Part shown: one piece after another, positions 44,768-53,998 of the stretch | How the letters are laid out: the number at the start of each line of letters is the position of its first letter | Position numbering within the stretch: the stretch's first letter is position 1 | Source of the DNA: an uncultured Gammaproteobacteria bacterium | Lineage (GTDB): Bacteria > Patescibacteriota > Patescibacteriia > CAZSQN01 | DNA length: 64,000 bases | Reading direction: 5' to 3' | NCBI GenBank assembly: GCA_964609095.1 | Contig: CAZSQN010000003.1 | Span: 12,687-76,686, forward strand | Made by a program: the position numbers and the translations under genes | Notes under the pieces: generated by a model | Seen by the model: the letters and a program-made list of their open reading frames with translations, nothing else | What the model was told of the DNA's origin: nothing | Database searches by the model: none

Positions 44768-45382
44768 ATGCCTGGATTTCTAAGCCATCCGTCCGGACAA
44801 ATGTTCTTTAAAATTCCAAATAACAGCATCATGATGTCCTATCTTATTGAAGCCGTGCCGAACGAGTGGCGGTGCGTCTTCGGACACCTTTGCGCTTCCA
44901 GAAATCTCATAGAAATGGGCAGGGCGCTTCAATTAACCGGCATCTCCCTTGATGGCGGTTGCCAAATAGTCGGCGGCTATGACGCTAACGGCAAACCAGC
45001 AAATCCCAACATCTATTCCATGGCTCTGCTTGGGATGATGCCAGGTTTTGTTGATTTCCGCGTCCATACATACGGCAGAGGAAGCATCGCCGATATTAAA
45101 AATCTTGCCATTGGCCTTGTCGTTAGCGGATACCGCGGTTCGCTTCTTTTTGGCAAATCAACTCCGGACGATGACAATGAGGTTCTGTATATTGACCCGT
45201 ACGCGGCGGCCTGTTCGCTTGAACTTGCGCCGTGGAACGGGCATCCTAACGGAAACGAACCAGGAGAACAGCCGGCTCGCATCAAGCTTTGGTGGAATAA
45301 ATCTCTTGAGGGCAAAAAAGATGACATCTGGCCTATTGCCAGAATTTGCCAAAAATTGCGCTTGGAAGAATATACGCCGTAA
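44768..45382 (+). CDS. Hypothetical protein.
   Basis: 204-aa ORF, followed by a terminator. Confidence 0.35.
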   Translation: MPGFLSHPSGQMFFKIPNNSIMMSYLIEAVPNEWRCVFGHLCASRNLIEMGRALQLTGISLDGGCQIVGGYDANGKPANPNIYSMALLGMMPGFVDFRVHTYGRGSIADIKNLAIGLVVSGYRGSLLFGKSTPDDDNEVLYIDPYAAACSLELAPWNGHPNGNEPGEQPARIKLWWNKSLEGKKDDIWPIARICQKLRLEEYTP

Positions 45383-45408
45383 AGCAACAGAGCGGACAAA
45401 CCCCGACA

Positions 45409-45433
45409 ACGCCGATTAAATCGGCGTTTTTTT
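45409..45433 (+). terminator. Rho-independent terminator.
   Basis: ACGCCGAT-TAAA-TCGGCGTTTTTTT. Confidence 0.7.
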
Positions 45434-45468
45434 ATTTTCTTTTTGCGCGGTAAAAGTGTAAAATCTAA

Positions 45469-46104
45469 ATGGATATGATTTTCAAAGACCGTGTTGAAGC
45501 GGGGAAAAAATTGGCAGCAGCTTTGGAAAAATACAACCGCTCGCCCGAAGCCGTTATTTTAGGATTGCCGCGCGGCGGCGCAGTTGTGGCGGCGGAAGCT
45601 GCCAAATTGCTTAATTTGCCGCTTGATATAATCGTGCCGCGCAAAATCGGCGCGGAATTTAATCCCGAATACGCCATCGGCGCCATTACCGAAACCGGCG
45701 AAACAATCTGGAACGAGGAAGAGCGGCAAAATGCCGATCCGGAATATCTAAAAAGAATTATCAAGGAAGAGCAGGCCGAGGCCATGCGCCGTCTTAACGC
45801 TTACAGAGGAGCGCGCCTGCCGCGAGATATTAAAAATAAAATCGCCATACTTGTTGATGATGGCGTGGCTACGGGACTGACTATGCGCGCGGCGATAAAA
45901 ACCGCGCGAGCCGAACGTCCTAAAAAAATAGTCGTCGCCGTTCCTCACGGCGCCGGGGATTCAATGGAGATTATTAAAAAAGAAGCAAACGAGATAATCG
46001 TCCTATTCACTCCGGCCGTCTATGGCGCCGTCGGGCAATTTTACGAATCGTTTGAACAAGTGGAGGATAACATCGTCATTAATTTATTAAAACAAGCCGA
46101 ATGA
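45469..46104 (+). CDS. Type I phosphoribosyltransferase-domain protein.
   Basis: PRPP-binding motif IAILVDDGVATGLTM. Confidence 0.7.
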   Translation: MDMIFKDRVEAGKKLAAALEKYNRSPEAVILGLPRGGAVVAAEAAKLLNLPLDIIVPRKIGAEFNPEYAIGAITETGETIWNEEERQNADPEYLKRIIKEEQAEAMRRLNAYRGARLPRDIKNKIAILVDDGVATGLTMRAAIKTARAERPKKIVVAVPHGAGDSMEIIKKEANEIIVLFTPAVYGAVGQFYESFEQVEDNIVINLLKQAE

Positions 46105-46994
46105 TAATTTTTCCAACCTCTGCCAATCCCGCCCTGTCAGGACGCGTTGCCGAACTCATGGGCGCGAAAATCAGCTCCTGCCAGATAAGCAAATTTAGCG
46201 ACGGCGAGCCGCGTTTTCAAATTACCGCCCGTCTTTTGCCCGGTCCTTATGCCGTTTTTGGCTCGCTAAACCAGCCGGAGACAAACATTAGAGAAATGCT
46301 CTGGACGCTTAATGCCGTAAAGCACTGGAGCGGGCAAGGCGCGCGAGCCGTTATTCCCTATCTCGGCTATTCGCGGCAAGACAGAAGCGAGCCAAAAGGA
46401 ACTGCCGTTTCCGCCGAGCTTGTGGCCGGATTTTTATCCGCTGCCGGCGCGAACGGAGTTATGGCAATTGATGTTCATAGCCCGCGTGTTATAAATTATT
46501 ACACTATTCCGTTTATTAACATTTCTTCCGCGTCCCTGTTTGCCGGGCAGCTTAAAAAAATAAATACGGCTGATTTGGTTTTAGCCGCCCCCGATGAAGG
46601 CGCCGGCGAACGCGTCCGGGAGGTTGCCAAACTCTTGAATCATAAAGATATCGCGGTGGTAAAAAAACGCCGCGACCCTATTGCCGGCCGCGTCCGCGCT
46701 CTGGAGTTTGACGGCGATGTCAAGGGAAAAAACATATGTTTTATTGATGATATGATAGATACCGGCGGAACCTTGATGGAAGCGGCAAAATTGCTTAAAT
46801 CCGCCGGCGCCAAAAAGTTTATGGCCGTTGCCACTCACGGCATTTTCAGCTCAAACGCTTTTGGCAACCTGCAAAAATCCGGATTTGAAAAAATCTTAAC
46901 CACCGACACTATCGCGCGGCCCAAACCGCCCAAATTCGTAACTGTTGTTTCCGTAGCCGCTTTGCTTGCCAAAGAACTTGCCCGCTCAAATTGA
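46101..46994 (+). CDS. prs: Ribose-phosphate pyrophosphokinase (PRPP synthetase).
   Basis: FSDGEPRFQI...DDMIDTGGTL and overall Prs layout. Overlaps the upstream phosphoribosyltransferase gene by 4 nt. Confidence 0.85.
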   Translation: MIIFPTSANPALSGRVAELMGAKISSCQISKFSDGEPRFQITARLLPGPYAVFGSLNQPETNIREMLWTLNAVKHWSGQGARAVIPYLGYSRQDRSEPKGTAVSAELVAGFLSAAGANGVMAIDVHSPRVINYYTIPFINISSASLFAGQLKKINTADLVLAAPDEGAGERVREVAKLLNHKDIAVVKKRRDPIAGRVRALEFDGDVKGKNICFIDDMIDTGGTLMEAAKLLKSAGAKKFMAVATHGIFSSNAFGNLQKSGFEKILTTDTIARPKPPKFVTVVSVAALLAKELARSN

Positions 46995-47046
46995 TAATGG
47001 TGTATAATTAAAATATAAATAAAACTAATTTATAATTTTATAAATT

Positions 47047-47778
47047 ATGGGCAAATTATTTTTATCTTTATTATTAAGCTTGGTTTTGGCAGCGCCAGCG
47101 CTGGCAAATAATACCGGCGCGCCGCGGCAGTCCGCGCGCGAGACCGTCAAGCAGCAGCGCCGGCAAACATTGGAGCAAATAAAAGAAACGCGGGAAACGG
47201 CCAGAAAAGAAATGCGGGATAAACGCGAAGCGTTTAAAAAGGACTTTGAAGCCAGACAGGCGGAATTAAAAAAACAAATTGAAGCGAAACGGGAAGAGCT
47301 CAAACAAAGATTGGAAAAAATCAAGGATGAACGGAAAAAGAATCTGGTCCAAAAAATAGACAAATCCCTTGATGAACTGAACGCCCGCCGCTTAAAGCAT
47401 TACAGCGCCGTGCTGGACCAGATAGAAAAAGTATTGGAGCGCGTCGGCAAAAGAGCTGAACGCGCCGAAGAACGAGGGCTTGATGTCGCGGCCGTAAAGT
47501 CAGCCGAGGAAGCGGCCAAAGCCGCTATCGCGGCGAGCCGTGAAGCAATCAAGACGCAGGCCGGGAAAACTTATAAAATAGAAATAACAACGGAAATGGG
47601 ACTTAAGCAAGCGGTGCAAAAAGCGCGCCAAGCTCTCCATGCCGACCTGAAAAAGGTTGAAGAAACAGTCAAAGCGGCGCGTGAAGCCGTAAGAAAAGCG
47701 GCTGTGGCCCTGGCGCAAGTGCCAAGAGTTGACGAACCAGAGTCCCCGACCTCCACGCCTCCGACAACTTCGCAATAA
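47047..47778 (+). CDS. Secreted Lys/Glu/Arg-rich coiled-coil protein.
   Basis: Signal peptide, then long heptad-like K/E/R stretches and a Pro/Thr-rich C-terminus. Confidence 0.45.
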   Translation: MGKLFLSLLLSLVLAAPALANNTGAPRQSARETVKQQRRQTLEQIKETRETARKEMRDKREAFKKDFEARQAELKKQIEAKREELKQRLEKIKDERKKNLVQKIDKSLDELNARRLKHYSAVLDQIEKVLERVGKRAERAEERGLDVAAVKSAEEAAKAAIAASREAIKTQAGKTYKIEITTEMGLKQAVQKARQALHADLKKVEETVKAAREAVRKAAVALAQVPRVDEPESPTSTPPTTSQ

Positions 47779-47799
47779 CTTTTAAAACATAAACATAAC

Positions 47800-47895
47800 G
47801 CAAATCTACGAATCTTATGCGAATTTACAAATATGCGAATAAATTGTATTCGCGATTCGCGGCATTCGCATTAAATTCGCATCATTCGCATTATA
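47800..47895. repeat. About 100-bp ATTCGCA/ATGCGAA-rich intergenic repeat, copy R1.
   Basis: GCAAATCTACGAATC...GTATTCGCGATTCGCGGCATTCGCATTAAATTCGCATCATTCGCATTAT. Near-identical to 53894-53998. Confidence 0.8.
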
Positions 47896-47899
47896 TTTT

Positions 47900-48124
47900 A
47901 TGAAAAAAACGCTTTTAATCGCCGCTATCATCGTTGCCGCAGCTGTCGGCCTTTGGCTGTGGAAAAACCAGCGAGTTAACCAAGAAGCAGCCCTGCCAAA
48001 GAAGGAAGCTCCGGCCGCGGCGCTGGACTCATCGGCTAAAATCAATCAAGATATTCAGGCCGTTGAAGTAAACAATCTTGACCAGGATTTTAAGGAAATT
48101 GACAGCGATTCAAACCGGCTCTAA
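47900..48124 (+). CDS. Small membrane-anchored or secreted hypothetical protein.
   Basis: N-terminal TM/signal MKKTLLIAAIIVAAAVGLWLW. 74 aa. Confidence 0.35.
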   Translation: MKKTLLIAAIIVAAAVGLWLWKNQRVNQEAALPKKEAPAAALDSSAKINQDIQAVEVNNLDQDFKEIDSDSNRL

Positions 48125-48229
48125 AAAATTGTTAAAATAAATCGCTCCGCAATACCGCGGGGCGATTTTTGTATGTATACAGTTTAGAAAACTTTGGTTA
48201 TAGTATTAAGGATTTAATTCGCGCCAATT

Positions 48230-50251
48230 ATGAAATTTAGCATAACCAAAAACAGCGCGGTTCCGTTGACCATGTTTTTTGCCTCGCTTTTGCTCTATGC
48301 GGCCACGCTGCATCCGTCTATTTTCCCAAGCGATCCGACGGAATTTATGACCGTTATCGGCGTAAACGGGGTGGCGCATCCGCCCGGCTATCCTCTTTTT
48401 ACGCTTTTGGGCAAATTGGCTTCCTTTTTTCCTTTTTTAACTTTTCCGGAACGGATTAATTTTTTATCAGCTTTCTTTGGCGCGGCAACGGTTGGATTAG
48501 CCAGCCATATTATCATGCGCCTTTCAAAATCAATTCCTGCCGCCGCTCTCGGCGCCGGAGCGCTTGCCCTTGCCAAATCATTTTGGCTCTATTCAGTTAC
48601 CGCAGAGGTTTTTACTTTAAATACTTTCCTGCTCGCGCTCTTTGCCAACCAAATTATTTCCTTCATTCAAAAGCCAAGCCAGAAAAACGGTTTGCTATCC
48701 GTTTTCGCGCTCTCTATAAGCGCCGGCAACCATCACACAGCCGCGTTTATGTTGCCCGCGCTCATCTATATTTTATTAAAGAAACGCCGCGCCGCCGGCT
48801 TAAAATGGAATTTTATTCCGCTGGCTTTTTTCGTATCGCTTGCCGGACTGCTTCCTTATATTTATGTAGTAATCGCGGCTCGGGGTAATCCGCCGATAAA
48901 TTGGGATAATGCCGCAAATCTTAAAAATCTTATCCGCCTTTTTTTGCGGCAGGACTTTGGCACGACCGCGCTTGCCGCAGGCGAACTGGCTTATCGCCCC
49001 AAAACAACGGCTTTGGAATTTTTCTTAAAAAACGCGGTGACAGAAACCTTCGGCCTTTTGCCTTTATTCGCTGCCGCTGGCGCGATATTGTTTATCCGCC
49101 GCAAACAAACGGCTTTGGCCATGCCTTTAATTTGGGGTTTCCTGGCTTTGGGTCCGTTTTTTATGATGATAAGCCGTTTACCAATCGCTTCACTTAATCA
49201 AGCGGCTGCCATTGAAAGGTTTTTCATGGCGCCATCTCTTTTTTTGGCGATTCTTGCCGGCTACGGCGCCGCCGGCATTTTTGGATATTTGCGGCGCCGC
49301 CTCAAACTTGTTTCCCCAATTATTATTTTAATTTTGCTCGCGCCGCTCGCCGCCGCTAATATCTCTTACGCCGGCCAAAAAAATAATTTTCTCTACTATA
49401 AATACAGCGTGGCGCTTCTTAACGGCTTGCCAAAAAACGCTGTTTTTCTGACAACTGATGACATCAGCGATAATGGCGCGCATTATCTTCAGTTTGTAGA
49501 AAATATCCGCCCGGATGTTAAACTGGTCACTATGCCTAAAGTGGTGGCGGATTGGTACCGCGAATCGCTTGGAGAACTCTATCCGGAGCTTCGGGACTTG
49601 CTTAGCGCCAATCCGGCGGAAGCGGTAAAAAATTTGTGCCGAACATACGCGAAAGACGGGCTTATTTTTTCCGCCGGCTGGCCGCGGCAATTTACAGGCG
49701 CGGAAGAAGAATGTCTGCCGCTTCCTTTCGGACTGCTGACCCGCTTGACGCCGCCAAACGCGCAATTTAATCTGGAAGATTATCAAAAAACACAAACTGA
49801 TTTTTTTGACAAATTTCTCTCTGAAATCCCCGCTTCGGATAAAAGACCGCGCGATAACCGCACGGAACGGCTTATTTATGAAATCAGCGCCGCGCTTGAT
49901 GCCGTCGCCGATACCTTAAAACGTCAAGGCAATGAAGATGCCGCGATTCTGTTTTACCAGCGCGCGACTATCACATCGCCGTACTGGTACCGCAGTTTAA
50001 ACAAACTGGCGGCTATTGATGTTAAAAACGAGATGCTGGATGAGGCCATCGCCAAAACGCGGGAATCCATCAAAAGAAATCCTGATTTTCCCTGGAGCTA
50101 TTATGATTTAGGCATCATGCTTTTTGGCGTCGGAGACGCCAAGGGCGCCGAAGGAGCCCTTGACTATTTTATTTCTTTTGAAACAAACGCCCAAAGCCCG
50201 CAAGTGGAGATGGCCAAACAAGCGCTCGCGCAAATCAGGGCGCAAAAATAA
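48230..50251 (+). CDS. GT-C-fold glycosyltransferase-like membrane protein (DUF2723/TMEM260-like) with C-terminal TPR repeats.
   Basis: At least 10 TM helices with an early FPSDPTEF loop (an Asp-Glu type motif), then a soluble C-terminal helical-repeat domain. Adjacent to a GT2 polyprenyl-phosphate glycosyltransferase. Confidence 0.5.
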   Translation: MKFSITKNSAVPLTMFFASLLLYAATLHPSIFPSDPTEFMTVIGVNGVAHPPGYPLFTLLGKLASFFPFLTFPERINFLSAFFGAATVGLASHIIMRLSKSIPAAALGAGALALAKSFWLYSVTAEVFTLNTFLLALFANQIISFIQKPSQKNGLLSVFALSISAGNHHTAAFMLPALIYILLKKRRAAGLKWNFIPLAFFVSLAGLLPYIYVVIAARGNPPINWDNAANLKNLIRLFLRQDFGTTALAAGELAYRPKTTALEFFLKNAVTETFGLLPLFAAAGAILFIRRKQTALAMPLIWGFLALGPFFMMISRLPIASLNQAAAIERFFMAPSLFLAILAGYGAAGIFGYLRRRLKLVSPIIILILLAPLAAANISYAGQKNNFLYYKYSVALLNGLPKNAVFLTTDDISDNGAHYLQFVENIRPDVKLVTMPKVVADWYRESLGELYPELRDLLSANPAEAVKNLCRTYAKDGLIFSAGWPRQFTGAEEECLPLPFGLLTRLTPPNAQFNLEDYQKTQTDFFDKFLSEIPASDKRPRDNRTERLIYEISAALDAVADTLKRQGNEDAAILFYQRATITSPYWYRSLNKLAAIDVKNEMLDEAIAKTRESIKRNPDFPWSYYDLGIMLFGVGDAKGAEGALDYFISFETNAQSPQVEMAKQALAQIRAQK

Positions 50252-50271
50252 TTATCGCCAAAAGCATTATT

Positions 50272-51087
50272 ATGGATAATATTGAATTTTTCATAGAACG
50301 TTTTTCGCGCATCTACCCCCTCTCGCATTGCCTTTGGCGCGTGCCGGAAGCGGCGGCGGAGCTGAAATTTTTCCCTTTGCAACCGCCCATACTTGATCTT
50401 GGCTGCGGCGACGGAACGTATGCTCAAGCTATTTTTACGCGCGTAGCCGAGGTCGCGCCGTATAAAAAATATGCTCCTCTAATCGGCCTTGACCCCAATC
50501 CCAAGGAAACAGCCAAAGCGATTAAATTGAAAATTTATGACAAAGTATCAACTGCCGACTCTTTTGCCATTCCCTTGCCGGACGCATCGGTAAACACGAT
50601 TTTCTCTAACAGTGTTGTTGAGCATATTAAGAATAAAGACGGCGCTTTGCGAGAAATCTCCCGCGTGCTCGCGCCCGGCGGCGCATATCTTTTCAGCGCC
50701 CCGTCCCAAAATTACGGCTCAAATTTCAGAATTGCCGAATTTTTATCGCGTATCGGCGGGCCGCGATTAGCCAAACTCTGGATTAGCGCCATCAATGGCA
50801 AATTCAAACATTATTGGATCCAATCGCCAGAAGAGTGGTCCGAAGACTTAGCCCGCCATGGACTCAAAACGTTAAAATATCGTTATACGCTCTCGCCCAG
50901 AAATTCATCTCTTTGGGAGCTATTTCTTTTACCGTCTTATGTTCAGCATCTTTTTGCCAAAAAGTTCGGCATATTGCCCTTTGCTTCAATAACAAAAAAA
51001 TATCTGCAAAAACATATTTCCGAATTAACGGAGGATCCGAATATGGAAACTGGCGGTAATATCGTAATCTTGGCTCAAAAAATATAA
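50272..51087 (+). CDS. Class I SAM-dependent methyltransferase.
   Basis: Motif I ILDLGCGDGTYAQ. Motif post-I and II spacing. Confidence 0.7.
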   Translation: MDNIEFFIERFSRIYPLSHCLWRVPEAAAELKFFPLQPPILDLGCGDGTYAQAIFTRVAEVAPYKKYAPLIGLDPNPKETAKAIKLKIYDKVSTADSFAIPLPDASVNTIFSNSVVEHIKNKDGALREISRVLAPGGAYLFSAPSQNYGSNFRIAEFLSRIGGPRLAKLWISAINGKFKHYWIQSPEEWSEDLARHGLKTLKYRYTLSPRNSSLWELFLLPSYVQHLFAKKFGILPFASITKKYLQKHISELTEDPNMETGGNIVILAQKI

Positions 51088-51094
51088 TCCTTCT

Positions 51095-51805
51095 ATGCTT
51101 GTCTCTATTATCATTCCAACCTTAAACGAGCGCGACGCCCTCGGCTTTTTGTTTGGAGAATTGCAGGAAGCGCTTACGCGAATCCCCGAATACGAATTTG
51201 AAATAATTATTGTTGACGACGGCTCCATTGACGGCACGCGAGAATTTGTTTCAGGATTTAAAAATTTTCCCTGGACTTTGCGGCTTATGGAAAGAAAAAA
51301 ACGCGGATTGGCAACCGCCGTGCTTGAAGGATTTAAAAACTCATCTGGAGAAATACTTGGCGTAATGGACGCTGACCTCTCCCACCCTCCGGCGCTTATA
51401 CCCAAATTGCTGGACGCTTTAAAAAATGCGGATGTCGCCATCGGCAGCCGGCATATTTATGGAGGCGGTGTTGAAGAATGGCCGCTTGTGCGAAGAATGT
51501 TCTCCGAGTTCGCGACGCTCCTCGCCCGCCCAATATCCGGCGGCATGCGCGACCCGCTCTCGGGATTTTTCTTTATAAAAAAATCAGCGCTCAAAGTCGC
51601 TGACCTTAAACCGTTTGGTTATAAAATACTTCTGGAAATTCTGGTGCGAGCCGCGCCGCTTAAAGCCGTTGAAATCCCTTATATATTCAGAAACCGGAGC
51701 GTGGGCAAAAGCAAGCTTAACTGGCGCGTTTCAATTGATTATTTCCTGCATTTAGTTCGACTATATTCTTTTACCGCGAGACAACTTTGCCGGAAAAAAG
51801 AATAA
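51095..51805 (+). CDS. GT2-family polyprenyl-phosphate glycosyltransferase (DPM1/GtrB-like).
   Basis: VSIIIPTLNE...IIIVDDGSIDGT...DADLSHPP (DxD region). Length 236 aa. Confidence 0.75.
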   Translation: MLVSIIIPTLNERDALGFLFGELQEALTRIPEYEFEIIIVDDGSIDGTREFVSGFKNFPWTLRLMERKKRGLATAVLEGFKNSSGEILGVMDADLSHPPALIPKLLDALKNADVAIGSRHIYGGGVEEWPLVRRMFSEFATLLARPISGGMRDPLSGFFFIKKSALKVADLKPFGYKILLEILVRAAPLKAVEIPYIFRNRSVGKSKLNWRVSIDYFLHLVRLYSFTARQLCRKKE

Positions 51806-51851
51806 AAAATACCCCGATTTAATTCGGGGTTTTATTTTTCATAAAAGAACT

Positions 51852-52553
51852 TTAGAAATGAAATCCGGCCAGAGCCAGAGACGCAAACGTCAAGCCGTCC
51901 TGAAGCGCATGGTAATCCACCAAAAAACGGAGTTCGCGAGCAGAAAACATTCTCGTCTTTCCAAGAATCTCCAGAGCTTCCGGCCTGCTCTCGCCTCTCC
52001 CGACAATATCTGCGGCAACGACATACTGGCTATGAGCAAAGAAAGTGGTGTTGGCGTTGACCATACCGACCACGCGAGCATTGGCTACGGAAAATCCCGA
52101 TTCTTCCAAGGCCTCGGCCTTGGCAGTCTCCAGGACAAACTTTTCTAGATTGGTTTCCGTACTCACCTGAGAAAGCCCGCGCGGCAGCTCCCATTGCCAT
52201 TCGCCAAGCTTTTCCAAAAGTTCATCCCACCGTCCTTCTTCATTGAGCCGCTTCACGTAATCGGCTCCGGCTTCCAACAGACGCTTGGCGGTAAATCTGT
52301 AATTTTGAACCAGTCCGACCTTATCTCCGGCCTTGCAGACAACCATTGAACCGGCATTTTCCACAATAAGCGGCTGATCATAAAGGTCCTTGAGCCGGCC
52401 GTCAATGACTTTCTGAACAACAACGCGAAGCAGAGCCCAGCCCTTGGAATTAACCAAGCTGCCGGCGCCCTGCGTCCCGGGTTTCCATCCGACAACGGAA
52501 GTGACCAAATCGCTCTCTGTCAAAAGACGCACTGCTCCGCCGGGCTGTTTCAT
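51852..52553 (-). CDS. Hypothetical protein, possibly NUDIX-like.
   Basis: GEWQWELPRG...ETAKAEALEESGF loosely fits the Nudix box. Confidence 0.3.
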   Translation of the reverse strand: MKQPGGAVRLLTESDLVTSVVGWKPGTQGAGSLVNSKGWALLRVVVQKVIDGRLKDLYDQPLIVENAGSMVVCKAGDKVGLVQNYRFTAKRLLEAGADYVKRLNEEGRWDELLEKLGEWQWELPRGLSQVSTETNLEKFVLETAKAEALEESGFSVANARVVGMVNANTTFFAHSQYVVAADIVGRGESRPEALEILGKTRMFSARELRFLVDYHALQDGLTFASLALAGFHF

Positions 52554-52670
52554 TTACTGTCTCCTTGTTAAGGTTCAAATACGCGTTTACCGAGCAAAAA
52601 TGCGGACGTTCTTGTCCGCATTCCCGGATAAACGCCTATCTTTATTACAATAAATTCAATTAAAAGTCAA

Positions 52671-53285
52671 TTAAAAGTCAATCCCTTCCCTCGCACGGGT
52701 ACCGCGGTAAAAATAATGCTTCACGAGTTTCATTTCCGTAACAAGGTTGGCAATATCCAAAAATTCTTTTGGCGCGTTCCTGCCGGTTAGTACAAGTTCG
52801 GCCTTGTCTGGATTTTGACCCGACCGCCGTCGGGGCATCCCGCCAGCTTTGCGCCGTATAGGAAAATGGCGGGAAATTACTTTTAGCACCTCCGCCGCAG
52901 TCAGCATCTTTAAATCCACAGTGGAGTTTATTTCATCCAAAATAACCAAATCGTATTTTTTTGATATTAAAAACTTCTTTGCCGCTTTGAGCCCGGCTCT
53001 TGCTTCCCTTATATCCGCCGGCGTTACGCCAAACCTAAAACGGCCTGTTTTGGGGTCAATCCTATCGCAGCCGCTTACAAAATAATCAATTCCCAATTTC
53101 TTGAATAACTTTCTTTCCGAATAATGCGTCCCGCCCTTATCAAAATAAACAATAGCAACCTTAAGCCCGGCTCCGCGCGCCCGAAGAGCAAGCCCCAGCG
53201 CCGCCGTCGTTTTTCCCTTGCCGTTTCCTGTGTAAATTTGTATAAATCCGTAATTCGTAAAGCTATACTTGACATTTCGCATCAT
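52671..53285 (-). CDS. cobO: ATP:cob(I)alamin adenosyltransferase (CobO/BtuR family).
   Basis: IQIYTGNGKGKTTAALGLALRARGAGLKVAIVYFDKGG is the family signature. The start is taken at the MMRNVKY Met. Confidence 0.75.
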   Translation of the reverse strand: MMRNVKYSFTNYGFIQIYTGNGKGKTTAALGLALRARGAGLKVAIVYFDKGGTHYSERKLFKKLGIDYFVSGCDRIDPKTGRFRFGVTPADIREARAGLKAAKKFLISKKYDLVILDEINSTVDLKMLTAAEVLKVISRHFPIRRKAGGMPRRRSGQNPDKAELVLTGRNAPKEFLDIANLVTEMKLVKHYFYRGTRAREGIDF

Positions 53286-53357
53286 TTTTGCTAAAGTTAA
53301 ATACTTGTTCTTTATATCCTTGCCAATCAGTAATCTCGCCAAAAAGGAAAAATAAAA

Positions 53358-53828
53358 ATGGCTAAAAAATCAAGAAAACCAAGAGAGAAAACGGTAAAGA
53401 TGAGCGTTTCTTGTGGAGCGCTCGGAGAAGTGAACAACGCCACAGAACCAGAAGCGGATACCACTTTAGTTCCCAAAGCACTCCAAAACACAGAATATTG
53501 CAAAACTCCGACTTGGCCATCACCGCGAGGTGATAATAACTTTCCGCGCAACGAAATGCGGTGCAGTAAATGTCATTTCTTTATTTACAGAGACGAAATA
53601 AGTGATAATTGCAAATCTCTACGCACATATGAGCGCCGGGCATTTGTTGGCAATAGGTTGCGTCCTAAGGAAGTTACAATTTATGACGAAGATGGTAACT
53701 ACCGCCGCAGGATAGATGTCGTCGAATCCGTTGTTATTGCTATAACTGGAAAAGTATATCTATGCGGCAATTGCGGTAAAGAAATCAAAGTTGATGATAA
53801 CCCCGAACACCAAGAATACAATGTCTAA
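53358..53828 (+). CDS. Cys-rich zinc-ribbon hypothetical protein.
   Basis: CSKCHFF...C and CGNCGKE pairs. Confidence 0.4.
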   Translation: MAKKSRKPREKTVKMSVSCGALGEVNNATEPEADTTLVPKALQNTEYCKTPTWPSPRGDNNFPRNEMRCSKCHFFIYRDEISDNCKSLRTYERRAFVGNRLRPKEVTIYDEDGNYRRRIDVVESVVIAITGKVYLCGNCGKEIKVDDNPEHQEYNV

Positions 53829-53893
53829 TTTCTAACTTGGTTCCTTCTCTCGCCTCGATACCTATCGGGGCTTTTTTATTTTCTTTGTAAAAT

Positions 53894-53998
53894 GCAAATC
53901 TATAAACGAACTACGAACCTACGAACATGCAAATACGGTATTCGCACATTCGCGGCATTCGCATAAGATTCGCATTATTTGCATTATGTTTATCCGCA
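53894..53998. repeat. About 100-bp ATTCGCA-rich intergenic repeat, copy R2.
   Basis: GCAAATCTATAAACGAA...GTATTCGCACATTCGCGGCATTCGCATAAGATTCGCATTATTTGCATTATG. Same orientation as R1. Confidence 0.8.
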
